This document shows, one piece after another, positions 9,014 through 18,816 of a stretch of 64,000 bases of DNA. The notes beneath the pieces are model-generated. The model was not told where the DNA came from, searched no databases, and was given only the letters and a program-made list of their open reading frames with translations. Each line of letters starts with the position of its first letter. Position 1 is the stretch's first letter. Both the position numbers and the translations under genes were made by a program. The stretch is from contig JAAOXS010000003.1 in NCBI GenBank assembly GCA_018220985.1, positions 8,367 to 72,366 on the forward strand, read 5' to 3'. This DNA comes from Nanobdellota archaeon (GTDB taxonomy: Archaea; Nanobdellota; Nanobdellia; PEZQ01).

Positions 9014-9900
9014 TTTTTTAGTTTATTTATTATTTGGCAGGTTTTGCAGGGTTCTTGTGAGCTTGGTTCACCGCAGTTAGCACAGTTTTTTACGGGTTTT
9101 ATTTGTTTCTGTGCAAGTTTTGGAATTATTTTACTGTCGTAAAAATTGATTATGTTCTTTTTTGTTTGAGGGTGTTTTGCTTCGTAATCATCAAGTAAGT
9201 CTCTCATTCTGCCTCTAAAAGAGTCTATCGCGTATTTACAGTTGCACGTGAACAAGTTCCATTCTTTTAGTTGTTCGTTAATCATTGTTTCTTTTTCGTA
9301 AACGTCTCGTAATGGTTTTATTCTTTGCACGAATCCTTTGTGAGTTACAATTCCTGTTGAGTACCCTAATCGTGCTTGTCTTCTTAAATCTCCCATAACA
9401 ACATTCATTAGTATTGATTGCGCTTCATCGTCAAGGTTGTGTCCTGTTGCGAGTTTTGTGAATCCTTCTTCACGCGCTGTTTTATTTATTAAGTATCTTC
9501 TTACAACTCCGCAAACGTAGCATGGTGAGTGGTCTGTTTTTTTTACCATTTGGTCAAGTGTTTTTCCAAATTCTTGTTTGAAACTAACAATTTTTAGTGG
9601 TATGTCCCATAGCGCGCAGTATTTTTTCACTATTTTTAGTGATGGTGAGCTCACTCCACAAATTCCTTGATCCACATGGAGCGCTGTTGTTTGAGCGTGA
9701 TAATGTTGACTCATTAAGTATAGCACAAGCATTGAGTCTTTTCCCCCTGAACAAGCGACTAATATTTTATCGCTTTGTCGGATTAGTTTGTTGTTTTTTA
9801 TTGCACGTAAGAATTTTCCTTTAATGGTTCTGTAAAATTCTTCTTTAGATATTGAAGGATCTAGTTTTACTGTGAGTTTTGGGTTTCTTCTGCAAGTCAT
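9010..9900 (-). CDS. ncsA: tRNA thiolation PP-loop ATPase (NcsA/Ncs6/TtcA family).
   Basis: PP-loop CSGGKDS. PCYVCG and TCNCK Fe-S ligand cysteines. C-terminal CANCG...CKTC zinc ribbon. Confidence 0.8.
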   Translation of the reverse strand: MTCRRNPKLTVKLDPSISKEEFYRTIKGKFLRAIKNNKLIRQSDKILVACSGGKDSMLVLYLMSQHYHAQTTALHVDQGICGVSSPSLKIVKKYCALWDIPLKIVSFKQEFGKTLDQMVKKTDHSPCYVCGVVRRYLINKTAREEGFTKLATGHNLDDEAQSILMNVVMGDLRRQARLGYSTGIVTHKGFVQRIKPLRDVYEKETMINEQLKEWNLFTCNCKYAIDSFRGRMRDLLDDYEAKHPQTKKNIINFYDSKIIPKLAQKQIKPVKNCANCGEPSSQEPCKTCQIINKLKK

Positions 9901-10006
9901 TATTATTTTTTATTAGTGTTTTGTATGTTTTAAAAATTGGGGAGTTTACATCTTGTTTCTGTAATAAAAACATTTAATACTTGTATTAGTAGTTATAATC
10001 TTTGTT

Positions 10007-10675
10007 ATGATTGATTTTTCATCAATTGAAGTTATTGCACCTTTAATGAATATGGTTAATTGGTTAGTTGATTCTTTAGCAACAGCAGTTCCATTGTTGT
10101 TATCAGGTGCTATTATCATAATCATTGGTTGGGTTCTTTCAAAAATTGTTGAAAAAATTGTGCGTAAGTCTTTACACGAATTTGAATTTAGTAAATGGGA
10201 AAAAAAGAATGATATTGATAATGCGTTATATGGCGTTAAATTATCTGATGTAATAATTTTTTCATTGAAGTGGTATGTTGTTTTATTATTTTTGAACGAG
10301 GCTGCTACTGAGGTTAATTTGCCTTTTGTAGCGTCAATTATTCAATTAATTCTTCTTCTCGTACCTAATTGGTTTTTAGGAACGTTGTTCTTAGGTATTG
10401 CACTTATTTTCGGTCATAAAGTGAGTTCCCGTGTTGAGAAATCAAGATTGTTGTTTGGTAAGATTGGGGCGAGGATAATTTATTTAGTTACCTTATATTT
10501 TGCATTGGTAATGGCTCTTCCAAAGTTTGGTTTTGAGAACACCGAAATTCTTGTGGATACTTTCAGGCTTCTTGTTGCGGGCGTGTCATTAGGTGGCGCT
10601 ATTGCTATTGGTATCGGTTTTGGAGCTGCTATGAAAGAGCCTGCAAAAAGCGTTATTAAAGACTTGTTTAAGTAA
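10007..10675 (+). CDS. Multi-pass membrane protein with two MscS-TM-like repeats.
   Basis: Hydrophobic helices each followed by a basic KIVEKIVRK / SSRVEKSRL segment. No soluble domain. Confidence 0.35.
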   Translation: MIDFSSIEVIAPLMNMVNWLVDSLATAVPLLLSGAIIIIIGWVLSKIVEKIVRKSLHEFEFSKWEKKNDIDNALYGVKLSDVIIFSLKWYVVLLFLNEAATEVNLPFVASIIQLILLLVPNWFLGTLFLGIALIFGHKVSSRVEKSRLLFGKIGARIIYLVTLYFALVMALPKFGFENTEILVDTFRLLVAGVSLGGAIAIGIGFGAAMKEPAKSVIKDLFK

Positions 10676-10686
10676 TAATTATATAT

Positions 10687-11703
10687 TTAGAAGTTAAGTA
10701 GTGATGTTTGGCTTTTCTTTTTTTTATCATCAAATAGTTTGGTTATTGTGCTATCAATTCTTTTTTCTGAAAAATCATGTTCGTCAACAAGGATTTGTTT
10801 TACTTTTTCATTGTTGAATTCTTTAAAATTGATTTTATAGTTTTCATTAACTTCTGGTTTTTTAAAGAATTCGTAAATCATTTTCAAGTTTCTTTCATCC
10901 CAATTTAATGAGTTAATCACGTTTTCAATTGTTTTTTCTTGTTTTACAATTTTCAGTGCGCGTACGGGTCCAATTCCTTTTACGCCTTCTGTGTAGTCAG
11001 TTCCAACTAGCATGGATAAAATTATTAGTTGATTTCTATCTATTCCTAAAGTGTTTAATACTTCTTTTAGTTCAGCAATTTCTGGTTGCACGTTTATGTA
11101 AACATTTTTCCCAGGTAGTTTTCTTTTTCCTGAAAAATTTATGTTTCTAACTAATTTGTAAGCGCCAAAAAGTAGTGCGTCATAATCTTGGCTTGCTACT
11201 GCGTAACATTCTTCCTTTGAAACCAGTAGCGCTGCTTGCGCTTCACCTTCTGAAGGTGCTTGAATTACAGGTATGCCCATTGCTTCAATTAGCGTTTTAG
11301 ATTCTTCTGCCATTTCTTTTGTTAAGTAAACTGATTGAGCGGCTTTTAGTCTCGCAGTTTCATAGTCTTTCTCTTCAAGTGCTTGTTCATATTCTTTTTT
11401 TGCTTGTTCTTTTCGTTCTTTTCTGATTTCAAGTTCTTGTTTTTTGAAAAATGGGGGTTTTCCATCAAATACATATACGGGTTTTACGCCTTGCATGATT
11501 AAGTTTGCATTTCTGTAAAAAAGGCCTGATAAGTGTGATGTTGTTCTACCTTTAGAATCTTTTAATGGCGTGCCATCATATTGGCGTGTTGTTGTCAAAA
11601 ATTGGTAAATAGTATTGTAAGCGTCAACTGCGAGTTTTTTTTCTTTTAAGTCTTCAACTCTTGTTTTTTTGAATTCTATTATTCTTTTGAGCTTCACGCC
11701 CAT
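10687..11703 (-). CDS. fen: Flap endonuclease FEN-1.
   Basis: MGVKLKRII N-terminus with the nuclease N domain, then the XPG-I region GIPVIQAPSEGEAQAA, then a C-terminal PIP-like tail. Confidence 0.9.
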   Translation of the reverse strand: MGVKLKRIIEFKKTRVEDLKEKKLAVDAYNTIYQFLTTTRQYDGTPLKDSKGRTTSHLSGLFYRNANLIMQGVKPVYVFDGKPPFFKKQELEIRKERKEQAKKEYEQALEEKDYETARLKAAQSVYLTKEMAEESKTLIEAMGIPVIQAPSEGEAQAALLVSKEECYAVASQDYDALLFGAYKLVRNINFSGKRKLPGKNVYINVQPEIAELKEVLNTLGIDRNQLIILSMLVGTDYTEGVKGIGPVRALKIVKQEKTIENVINSLNWDERNLKMIYEFFKKPEVNENYKINFKEFNNEKVKQILVDEHDFSEKRIDSTITKLFDDKKKKSQTSLLNF

Positions 11704-11749
11704 AAAAAATACAAACACATTTATTTTATTAAATTATTTGTATTCTTTA

Positions 11750-12589
11750 ATGGTTGTTGAATCAATTATTAATGTTACAAAAGCTCGTAAAAAACCTATT
11801 CTAACAGTTGGTTTAGGTTTTGCAGCAACTCTTATTTCAACATGGCTTGCTGTTTGGGTTTTTCCTTCAGGAACATCTTTAGCAGTTGTTTTTCTCACTA
11901 CTATGGCAACATTGCCTTTAATAATTAGGTTATTAGAGTCTGAGGAAAAGAAAGAGGAGAGGGAGCTTAAGAAAAGAAAGCGTCATTTGTTCATTAAAGA
12001 CCATAAAGAAGTTTTTATGGTGTATCTTTATCTGTTTATTGGGTTAATGTTGGGTTTCACGTTTCTTTTCATTTTCATTCCTTCTAACATTGCTGAAGGC
12101 GTTTTTCAAGAGCAAGTATTAACAATTAACGCTATTCGTGGTGGAACTGGCAGTTTTGTTCAGGATACGAATATTTTCATATTAATCTTGTCAAATAATC
12201 TTAAAGTCTTGTTTTTTTGTTTGTTGTTTTCTTTTATTTATGGTTCTGGTGCTATTTTTATTTTAACTTGGAATGCAAGTGTTATTAGTGTTGCCATTGG
12301 TGATTTGATAAGAACTGGTATTGCGAATGCTTCGCATATTGAGTATTTTAAAATAATTCCGTTAAGTTTTGGCAGGTATTTGTTTCATGGTTTGCCTGAA
12401 ATTGCAGCTTATTTCTTAGCAGGTATTGCTGGTGGAATTATTTCTACTGCGATTATTAGAAAACAGTTTAATAAAAAATATTTTTCAAAAATCGTTGTTG
12501 ATTCTCTTGATTTGATTGTTCTTGCAATTATATTATTGTTTTTAGCTGGTTTGCTTGAAATATCTATTAGTCCATTAATCAAGTTTTAG
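11750..12589 (+). CDS. SpoIIM/DUF95-family membrane protein.
   Basis: Multi-TM protein with the HGLPEIAAYFLAGIAGG motif typical of the family. First ATG at 11750. Confidence 0.5.
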   Translation: MVVESIINVTKARKKPILTVGLGFAATLISTWLAVWVFPSGTSLAVVFLTTMATLPLIIRLLESEEKKEERELKKRKRHLFIKDHKEVFMVYLYLFIGLMLGFTFLFIFIPSNIAEGVFQEQVLTINAIRGGTGSFVQDTNIFILILSNNLKVLFFCLLFSFIYGSGAIFILTWNASVISVAIGDLIRTGIANASHIEYFKIIPLSFGRYLFHGLPEIAAYFLAGIAGGIISTAIIRKQFNKKYFSKIVVDSLDLIVLAIILLFLAGLLEISISPLIKF

Positions 12590-12638
12590 TAAATAGAAAA
12601 CCTTTTAATTTTTGTCGCGTTTGTTGTTTAAGTCAGTA

Positions 12639-15251
12639 ATGAAAATTAGATTAGGGGATAAAACAGTTTTTTCATTGAATAAAAGTGCTAAAAAAGATGT
12701 TGTGAATAAATTGGATTCTGAAAAAATTGATGTTGTTAAATTTTTTAAAAAGAATTCTTATTTGTTAACTATTCTTGCCATTTTATTGATTGCATCTTTA
12801 TCTTTTCATGTTAGAACGCAGAATATTCCAAATTTAGGTGATAAAGTTTTAGCGCTTGATCCTTGGGTGTTTTATAGATATGCTTTAAGCGTTGTTGAAA
12901 CAGGCACTGTTCCCGAAATTGATTATATGAGGAATTTTCCAATTGGTTATAGAACTGATAAGGATTCCATGATTTTACCTTTCACAATGGCTTACGCGTA
13001 TAATTTTTTAAGTAGTTTAAATCCTGAAATAACTTTGGTTCAAGTAGTGCAGTTTTATCCTCCAACTGCCACGTTTTTGTCTATAATCATGTTTTTCTTA
13101 TTTGTTTCTCAAATTTTTAATAAAAAAGTAGGTTTACTAGCTGCTTTAACTCTTGCTCTTGCTCCAGGTTTTCTTTTTAGAACGGTTGCAGGTTTTTCTG
13201 ATAAAGAAGCGTTAGCAATGTTTTTCATATTTTCAGCACTTTATTTTTATGCTTTGTCAAATAATACTAAAAATAAGAGGAAAACAGTTTTTTCAGGTTT
13301 TTTAGCAGGTATTTTTACTGGTTTAGCGGGGATGACATGGGGCGGATTTGTTTTTCCAGTTTATGGTATTGCAAGTTTTATGTTATTACAAGTTGCGATT
13401 AATAATGTTAAATCAAAAAGTTTGATAACTAACTTTTTTTGGCTGATTGGTTTTGTTATATCTGATTTTTTTACAAATAGATATTCTTTAATTAATATTC
13501 TTGCATTTCAACTAAGCGTTTTCGGGTTTTTATCAATATTAATTCGTTTGTATGTATATCCTTTAATTAATAAAAAATTCAAGGATGTTGATAAAATTCC
13601 AGCAGGAATCGTTTCTATTATTCTTGCAATATTAATTGGTTTTACAGGTTTCATAATTGTTTTTTCACCTGAAAAAGCGTTTAGCACAGTAAGTAAAGTA
13701 TCTATTTACTTAACAGATCCTTTAGGTGGCGGTGGCGCTATGGGGCAATCAGTTTCAGAAAATCAGCAACCATTTTTTGATCCTGATTGGAAGGGTAGAA
13801 TTGGTTTACATTATTTCATAATTTTTTCATTAGGTGCTGTTTTATTATTTCATAAAACTGTTAGAAAAGTTTACAAAAATGATATTGAGCCTTTTTTAAA
13901 ATTAACTTTGCCGTATATTTTATTTTTTTTAATTCTTGTTTTTAGCAAGTATAAGCTAGGTGATTCTTTAACAAATGCTTTAGAGCCATTATATCAGCCA
14001 TCATACATTTTTTTTATGGGGTGGGTTACATTAATTTTCTTGGTTGAGTGGCATAAAGGAAAAGAGTTTGAAAAAATGAAAAAGTCAAATTTGTTTATTT
14101 TAATTTTATTCATGATTTTAGTAATTGCGGCAAGAGGTGCTGTTAGACTTATTTTCCCATTTATACCTTTAGCAATAATTATGGGTAGTTATTTGTTTAT
14201 TGAATTGTATGAAATGGCTAAGAATAATTTGAAAGATAAATTTTACAAATACATTGCTTACACCCTTGTTGGCGGTGTGGCTTTTATTTTAATCATAAAT
14301 CCTGTTAATTTAAAATTTGGCGATTTTAGTGTTTCAAGTTATTATAATCAAATTTATGCTATGTCTCCAAATTTTGGTCCAAGCGTTTTTGGTGATTGGG
14401 ATGAAGGATTTAATTGGATTAAAGAAAACACGCCAGAAGATTCTGTTTTTGTTCATTGGTGGGATTATGGTTATTGGATTCAGAGCGTTGCGAATAGAAC
14501 AACTGTTACTGATGGTGGTAATGCTCGAGCTGATTGGAATTATTTGATGGGTAGGCATCTTTTTGGGGGGTCAAGTCTTTCAGAAGTTTATGATGTTTTA
14601 CGAGAGTTAAGCAGTCCTAATTATTTTTATGTAGTAAGTGATGATGTTGGTAAATTTTATCAAATGGAAAGAATAGGTGATAGGAACACGTATTATAATC
14701 TTATGATGGTTGAGAAAACAGATGTTAATACTTTGCAAGGAGTTAATAATTCAGAGTATCCTAACATAATTATTTACACACCTTCAAGTGGTGCTGTTGT
14801 TGTTAAAGAGGATTTTACTGTTAATGGTAAGTTATTTGCTAAAGGTGAGACGTATGTTGTAAATGTTTTCGTTCCTTATTCTGAAAGTAAAGGTATATCA
14901 ACTCCTCTTGCTGGAGTTTATAATACAATGTATGGGCAAGCATTATTGCCTCTTAATGGTTTTTGTGAGGAAGGTAGAGGTTGTTTTGAAGTTGAGAATA
15001 ATGGTGTTCCTGCTTATTTTTACATGGTTCAAAATGGCGCTATATGGGTTCCTGAGAAAGCAAATCAAATGTTTATGACTCAGCAATATTTATTAAATAG
15101 GGATATTCCTGGTTTTGAATTGGTTTGGGAAAGTTCTGCGCCATTAAATAATATGGTTACTATTGCTGGTGGAAGGCAAAATATAAGGGTTTATGAAATT
15201 AATTACACTAACATGAAAAGCGCTATTGATGAGGGTTATTCTTGGTCATGA
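12639..15251 (+). CDS. aglB: Oligosaccharyltransferase AglB (STT3 family).
   Basis: WWDYGYW catalytic motif. About 13 TM helices, then a large C-terminal soluble domain. About 870 aa. Confidence 0.9.
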   Translation: MKIRLGDKTVFSLNKSAKKDVVNKLDSEKIDVVKFFKKNSYLLTILAILLIASLSFHVRTQNIPNLGDKVLALDPWVFYRYALSVVETGTVPEIDYMRNFPIGYRTDKDSMILPFTMAYAYNFLSSLNPEITLVQVVQFYPPTATFLSIIMFFLFVSQIFNKKVGLLAALTLALAPGFLFRTVAGFSDKEALAMFFIFSALYFYALSNNTKNKRKTVFSGFLAGIFTGLAGMTWGGFVFPVYGIASFMLLQVAINNVKSKSLITNFFWLIGFVISDFFTNRYSLINILAFQLSVFGFLSILIRLYVYPLINKKFKDVDKIPAGIVSIILAILIGFTGFIIVFSPEKAFSTVSKVSIYLTDPLGGGGAMGQSVSENQQPFFDPDWKGRIGLHYFIIFSLGAVLLFHKTVRKVYKNDIEPFLKLTLPYILFFLILVFSKYKLGDSLTNALEPLYQPSYIFFMGWVTLIFLVEWHKGKEFEKMKKSNLFILILFMILVIAARGAVRLIFPFIPLAIIMGSYLFIELYEMAKNNLKDKFYKYIAYTLVGGVAFILIINPVNLKFGDFSVSSYYNQIYAMSPNFGPSVFGDWDEGFNWIKENTPEDSVFVHWWDYGYWIQSVANRTTVTDGGNARADWNYLMGRHLFGGSSLSEVYDVLRELSSPNYFYVVSDDVGKFYQMERIGDRNTYYNLMMVEKTDVNTLQGVNNSEYPNIIIYTPSSGAVVVKEDFTVNGKLFAKGETYVVNVFVPYSESKGISTPLAGVYNTMYGQALLPLNGFCEEGRGCFEVENNGVPAYFYMVQNGAIWVPEKANQMFMTQQYLLNRDIPGFELVWESSAPLNNMVTIAGGRQNIRVYEINYTNMKSAIDEGYSWS

Positions 15252-16216
15252 TTTTGGAAGTGTTGTTTCTTTCGGTTTTTTCTTTTATTCTTGGTTATTT
15301 AATTCTCCCTAAATTAATTAAAAGTCTTGTGAAGAATGGTCTGTTTGGTAGGGATATTCATAAATTAAACAAACCGAAAGTAGCTGAGCCAGGGGGTATT
15401 GCTTTAATTTTTTCATTTATTTTCACTATTTTTATGTATATGGCGTTATTAACTTATTTTGGTGAAGGCGTTAATAATTCTTTATTTGCGGGTATTTTAA
15501 CAGTTATGATTGCTGGAATAATTGGTTTAGTGGATGATTTTCTTAATATTAAGTGGCGAACAAAGATGATTTTGGCTTTTTTTCCTGCTTTGCCGTTAAT
15601 TGTTTTAAAAGCGGGTGTTAGTGGTATGATTATTCCATTAGTTGGTTTTGTTGATTTCGGTTTTTTTTATAGTCTTGTGTTAATTCCTTTAATGGTTAAT
15701 TTCGCAATTAATGAGTTTAACATGGTTGCGGGTTATAATGGTCTTGAATCTGGATTGGCTATTGTTTCTATGGTTACAATCATTATTGCTTCTTTTTTAA
15801 CAAACAATGTTGTTGTTGCAGTTCTTGTTGCAAGTATGCTTGGCGGTACTGTTGCATTTTTCTTATTTAACAAGTTTCCTGCTAAAATTTTTCCAGGTGA
15901 TACAGGTACTTTTTTGTGGGGTTCTCTTTTAATCACTGCTTTAATCATTGGTAACATGGAAAAACTTGCTTTAGGCATTTTCTTTTTATACTTTATTGAC
16001 TTTGTAGGTTTTCTTTTTTGTTTAAAAAATGGTTGTAGAGTTAAGTTTGCTAAAATTGATTCACAGGAAAGGCTTCACCCAAGTTGCGGTCATAGAATTT
16101 ATTTTGCGTTGCCATACTTTTTTCCAAACTTGAATTTAAAAGAAAAGAATATCACAAAAATATTTGTTAGTTTTCAAGTTTTAATTTGCATTATTAGTCT
16201 TATTGTTTTCATCTAA
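15248..16216 (+). CDS. aglH: Dolichyl-phosphate HexNAc-1-phosphate transferase (GPT/MraY/WecA family, AglH-like).
   Basis: NMVAGYNGLESG and FPGDTG motifs of polyprenyl-phosphate sugar-1-P transferases. Multi-TM. Confidence 0.8.
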   Translation: MILEVLFLSVFSFILGYLILPKLIKSLVKNGLFGRDIHKLNKPKVAEPGGIALIFSFIFTIFMYMALLTYFGEGVNNSLFAGILTVMIAGIIGLVDDFLNIKWRTKMILAFFPALPLIVLKAGVSGMIIPLVGFVDFGFFYSLVLIPLMVNFAINEFNMVAGYNGLESGLAIVSMVTIIIASFLTNNVVVAVLVASMLGGTVAFFLFNKFPAKIFPGDTGTFLWGSLLITALIIGNMEKLALGIFFLYFIDFVGFLFCLKNGCRVKFAKIDSQERLHPSCGHRIYFALPYFFPNLNLKEKNITKIFVSFQVLICIISLIVFI

Positions 16217-17200
16217 GGATATTCTTTTTTTCTGTTTTATTGATTCAACAGCGGCTAATGCAATTTTCAGGGCATTAATTCCATCGTCACCATTAACAAA
16301 TGGTTCTTTATCATTGATTATTGAATCATAAAAATCAAGTATTTCAAGCTTTAATGGTTCCACATGTTTTAATCGTATTATTTGTTCTTCAGATTTATAA
16401 TCCAAAAATTGGGAGTATGTTTTAGGTGTTTCTTTTGGCAATAATGTGTAAGATGTTATTTCTTGCGATATGTAGTCAGCTTCCAAGTACCCTTTTGTGC
16501 AATTAATTGAAATTTTACGTTTTTTTACGGGTGTCAGCCAATTAGTTTGTATTATTCCAATTCTATTATGGTCATAGTTTAATAATAGTTGAGCTGCTTC
16601 TTCTCTTCCATCTTCCCCAATTATTGCTTCTGAAAAAACGTGTTTGACATTATTATTGAATAAGTATCCAATAATATCTATTTCATGAACTGCTAAGTCA
16701 AGTAGCACATTAATATCAGTTATTTGTTTTGGGAATACTCCAACTCGTGTTGATGAAATTATTATTGGTTTTCCAAACATTCCTGTTTCAATTAATTTTT
16801 TTACTTTATCAATAACGGGGTTAAATCGTTCTATGTGTCCAACCATTAGTTTTACTTTTTTTTCTTTTGATACGTTTATTATTTCTTCAGCATCGGATAG
16901 TGTTAACGCGATTGGTTTTTCAATTAGAACGTTAATGCCCTTATTCATGCATTTAATAGCTATTGTTTTATGAAATGATGATGGAACTGCAATACTTACT
17001 GCGTCAAGTTTCTCTTTATTAATCATTGTTTCATAATCTTGATAGTAATTACAATTGTATTCTTCGCTTATCTTCAATGCTTGCTCTCTGTTAATATCAG
17101 CAATGACCACTAGTTCTGTTTCTTCAAGTTCTGAGTAAACACGTGTGTGGTGTCTTCCCATGTTTCCAACTCCAATAACTCCAACTTTTATTTTTTTCAT
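16181..17200 (-). CDS. Gfo/Idh/MocA-family NAD-dependent sugar dehydrogenase (WbpB-like UDP-GlcNAc(A) 3-dehydrogenase).
   Basis: VGVIGVGNMGRHH Rossmann motif. EKP motif. Sits in a trio with an aminotransferase and an acetyltransferase. Confidence 0.75.
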   Translation of the reverse strand: MKKIKVGVIGVGNMGRHHTRVYSELEETELVVIADINREQALKISEEYNCNYYQDYETMINKEKLDAVSIAVPSSFHKTIAIKCMNKGINVLIEKPIALTLSDAEEIINVSKEKKVKLMVGHIERFNPVIDKVKKLIETGMFGKPIIISSTRVGVFPKQITDINVLLDLAVHEIDIIGYLFNNNVKHVFSEAIIGEDGREEAAQLLLNYDHNRIGIIQTNWLTPVKKRKISINCTKGYLEADYISQEITSYTLLPKETPKTYSQFLDYKSEEQIIRLKHVEPLKLEILDFYDSIINDKEPFVNGDDGINALKIALAAVESIKQKKRISLDENNKTNNAN

Positions 17201-17203
17201 TTT

Positions 17204-18265
17204 TCAAAATTTGTTAATTGTTTTTATTATGTAATCAACTTCTTCTTCTGTTAAGTGTTGATGAATTGGTAATGACAATACTTGTTTTGATATTTGTTCT
17301 GCGTTGAAAAGGTTATCTATATAGCCTATTTTCTTGTAGGATTTTTGTTTATGAACAGGTATGGGGTAGTGTATTGCTGTTCCAATTCCATTTTCCATTA
17401 AGTGTTTCTGAAGTGCTTCACGATTATCAGTTTTTATAACGTATTGATGATAAACATGTTTTATTTCATTAATTTGTTTTGGCGTGTTTATTTTTAGTTG
17501 GGAATTCATTTTTTCAGCGTTCAATATTCGTTTAGAATTATTATTGTCTAATTCTTCAAGTTCACGTAATCCAATTGATGATAGTATGTCATTCATTCTG
17601 TAATTGTATCCTATTTGCGTATGTTCGTATTTTCTTGTTTGACCGTGGTTTCTGTAAAGTTTTATTCTTTTTGCAAGAGTGTCTGAGTTTGTTGTTATCA
17701 TCCCACCTTCACCTGTTGTCATGTTTTTCGTTGCGTAAAAACTAAAACAACCTAAATCGCTTAGGCTTCCAGTTTTTTGTTTGTAATATTCTGCTCCATG
17801 CGCTTGAGCTGAGTCTTCTATTAAGTATAAGTCATGGTCTTCGCAAATTTCTTTGAATTCTTTCATTTCACAAGGTTGTCCGAATAAGTGTACGGGCATT
17901 ATTGCTTTTGTTTTGTTCGTTATTTTTTCAACTATTTTTTGAGGGTCTAAATTAAAAGTTTCAGGATTAATATCAGCAAATACTGGTTTAAGGTTGTTGT
18001 AAATTATTGAGTTTGCACTTGCTATAAAAGTAAAGGGTGTTGTTATAATTTCTCCATTTGATATTCTTAAAGATTTTATTGCTAATTGAAGGGCCATTGT
18101 TCCATTTAGAGTGGTTATTGCGTGTTTTACGCCAATGTATTTTGCGAATTCTTGTTCGAATTGTTGTGTTTTTTTTCCTTCAGCTATCATTCCTGCTTGT
18201 AAGGTTTGCGCAACTTCATTAACACTATTTTCAGATAATTTTACGCGTATTATGGGTATTTGCAT
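17204..18265 (-). CDS. DegT/DnrJ/EryC1-family PLP sugar aminotransferase (WbpE-like).
   Basis: About 350 aa. FSFYATKNMTTGEGG lysine region typical of DegT enzymes. Confidence 0.8.
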   Translation of the reverse strand: MQIPIIRVKLSENSVNEVAQTLQAGMIAEGKKTQQFEQEFAKYIGVKHAITTLNGTMALQLAIKSLRISNGEIITTPFTFIASANSIIYNNLKPVFADINPETFNLDPQKIVEKITNKTKAIMPVHLFGQPCEMKEFKEICEDHDLYLIEDSAQAHGAEYYKQKTGSLSDLGCFSFYATKNMTTGEGGMITTNSDTLAKRIKLYRNHGQTRKYEHTQIGYNYRMNDILSSIGLRELEELDNNNSKRILNAEKMNSQLKINTPKQINEIKHVYHQYVIKTDNREALQKHLMENGIGTAIHYPIPVHKQKSYKKIGYIDNLFNAEQISKQVLSLPIHQHLTEEEVDYIIKTINKF

Positions 18266-18298
18266 ATTGTTTTTTGATAAATGTTCATTACTTAAACA

Positions 18299-18781
18299 TT
18301 ATGAATGTGTAATTGTTGGATTCTCTAATTGTCTAATAATCTTTGCAGGATTGCCTGCAATTATCACATTTGGAGGTACGTCTTTTGTCACTACTGAGCC
18401 TGCTCCAACAATTGAGTTTTCACCAATTGTCACTGGCAAAATTGTCGCGTTCGTTCCTATGCTTGCTCCTTTTTTGATTAGTGTTTTTTTCCATTTTGAG
18501 CGGTCTGATTGAGGTGGTTGAGTGTCGTTTATGAACATTACGCCATGGCCTATGAAAATATCATTTTCTATTGTTACCATATCACAAATGAATGAGTGTG
18601 ATTGAATGCTGCAATTGTTTCCTATTTTTACTCCTCCTGTTATTTCAACAAATGCTCCTATCATGCAGTTTGAGCCAATTTCGCAATCGTATAAGTTTAC
18701 GAAATTCCATATTTTCGTATTTTCACCGATTTTGCAGTTTCTTATTATTTGTAATTCTTCGTGTATTAGTTTTTCATTCAT
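18299..18781 (-). CDS. Left-handed beta-helix (hexapeptide) N-acetyltransferase (WbpD-like).
   Basis: Repeated [LIV]G-x-x-x-x-I hexapeptide units, 160 aa. Confidence 0.75.
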   Translation of the reverse strand: MNEKLIHEELQIIRNCKIGENTKIWNFVNLYDCEIGSNCMIGAFVEITGGVKIGNNCSIQSHSFICDMVTIENDIFIGHGVMFINDTQPPQSDRSKWKKTLIKKGASIGTNATILPVTIGENSIVGAGSVVTKDVPPNVIIAGNPAKIIRQLENPTITHS

Positions 18782-18816
18782 TTTGAATCAATTTATTTTA
18801 GAGAAGTGTTTAGTTT

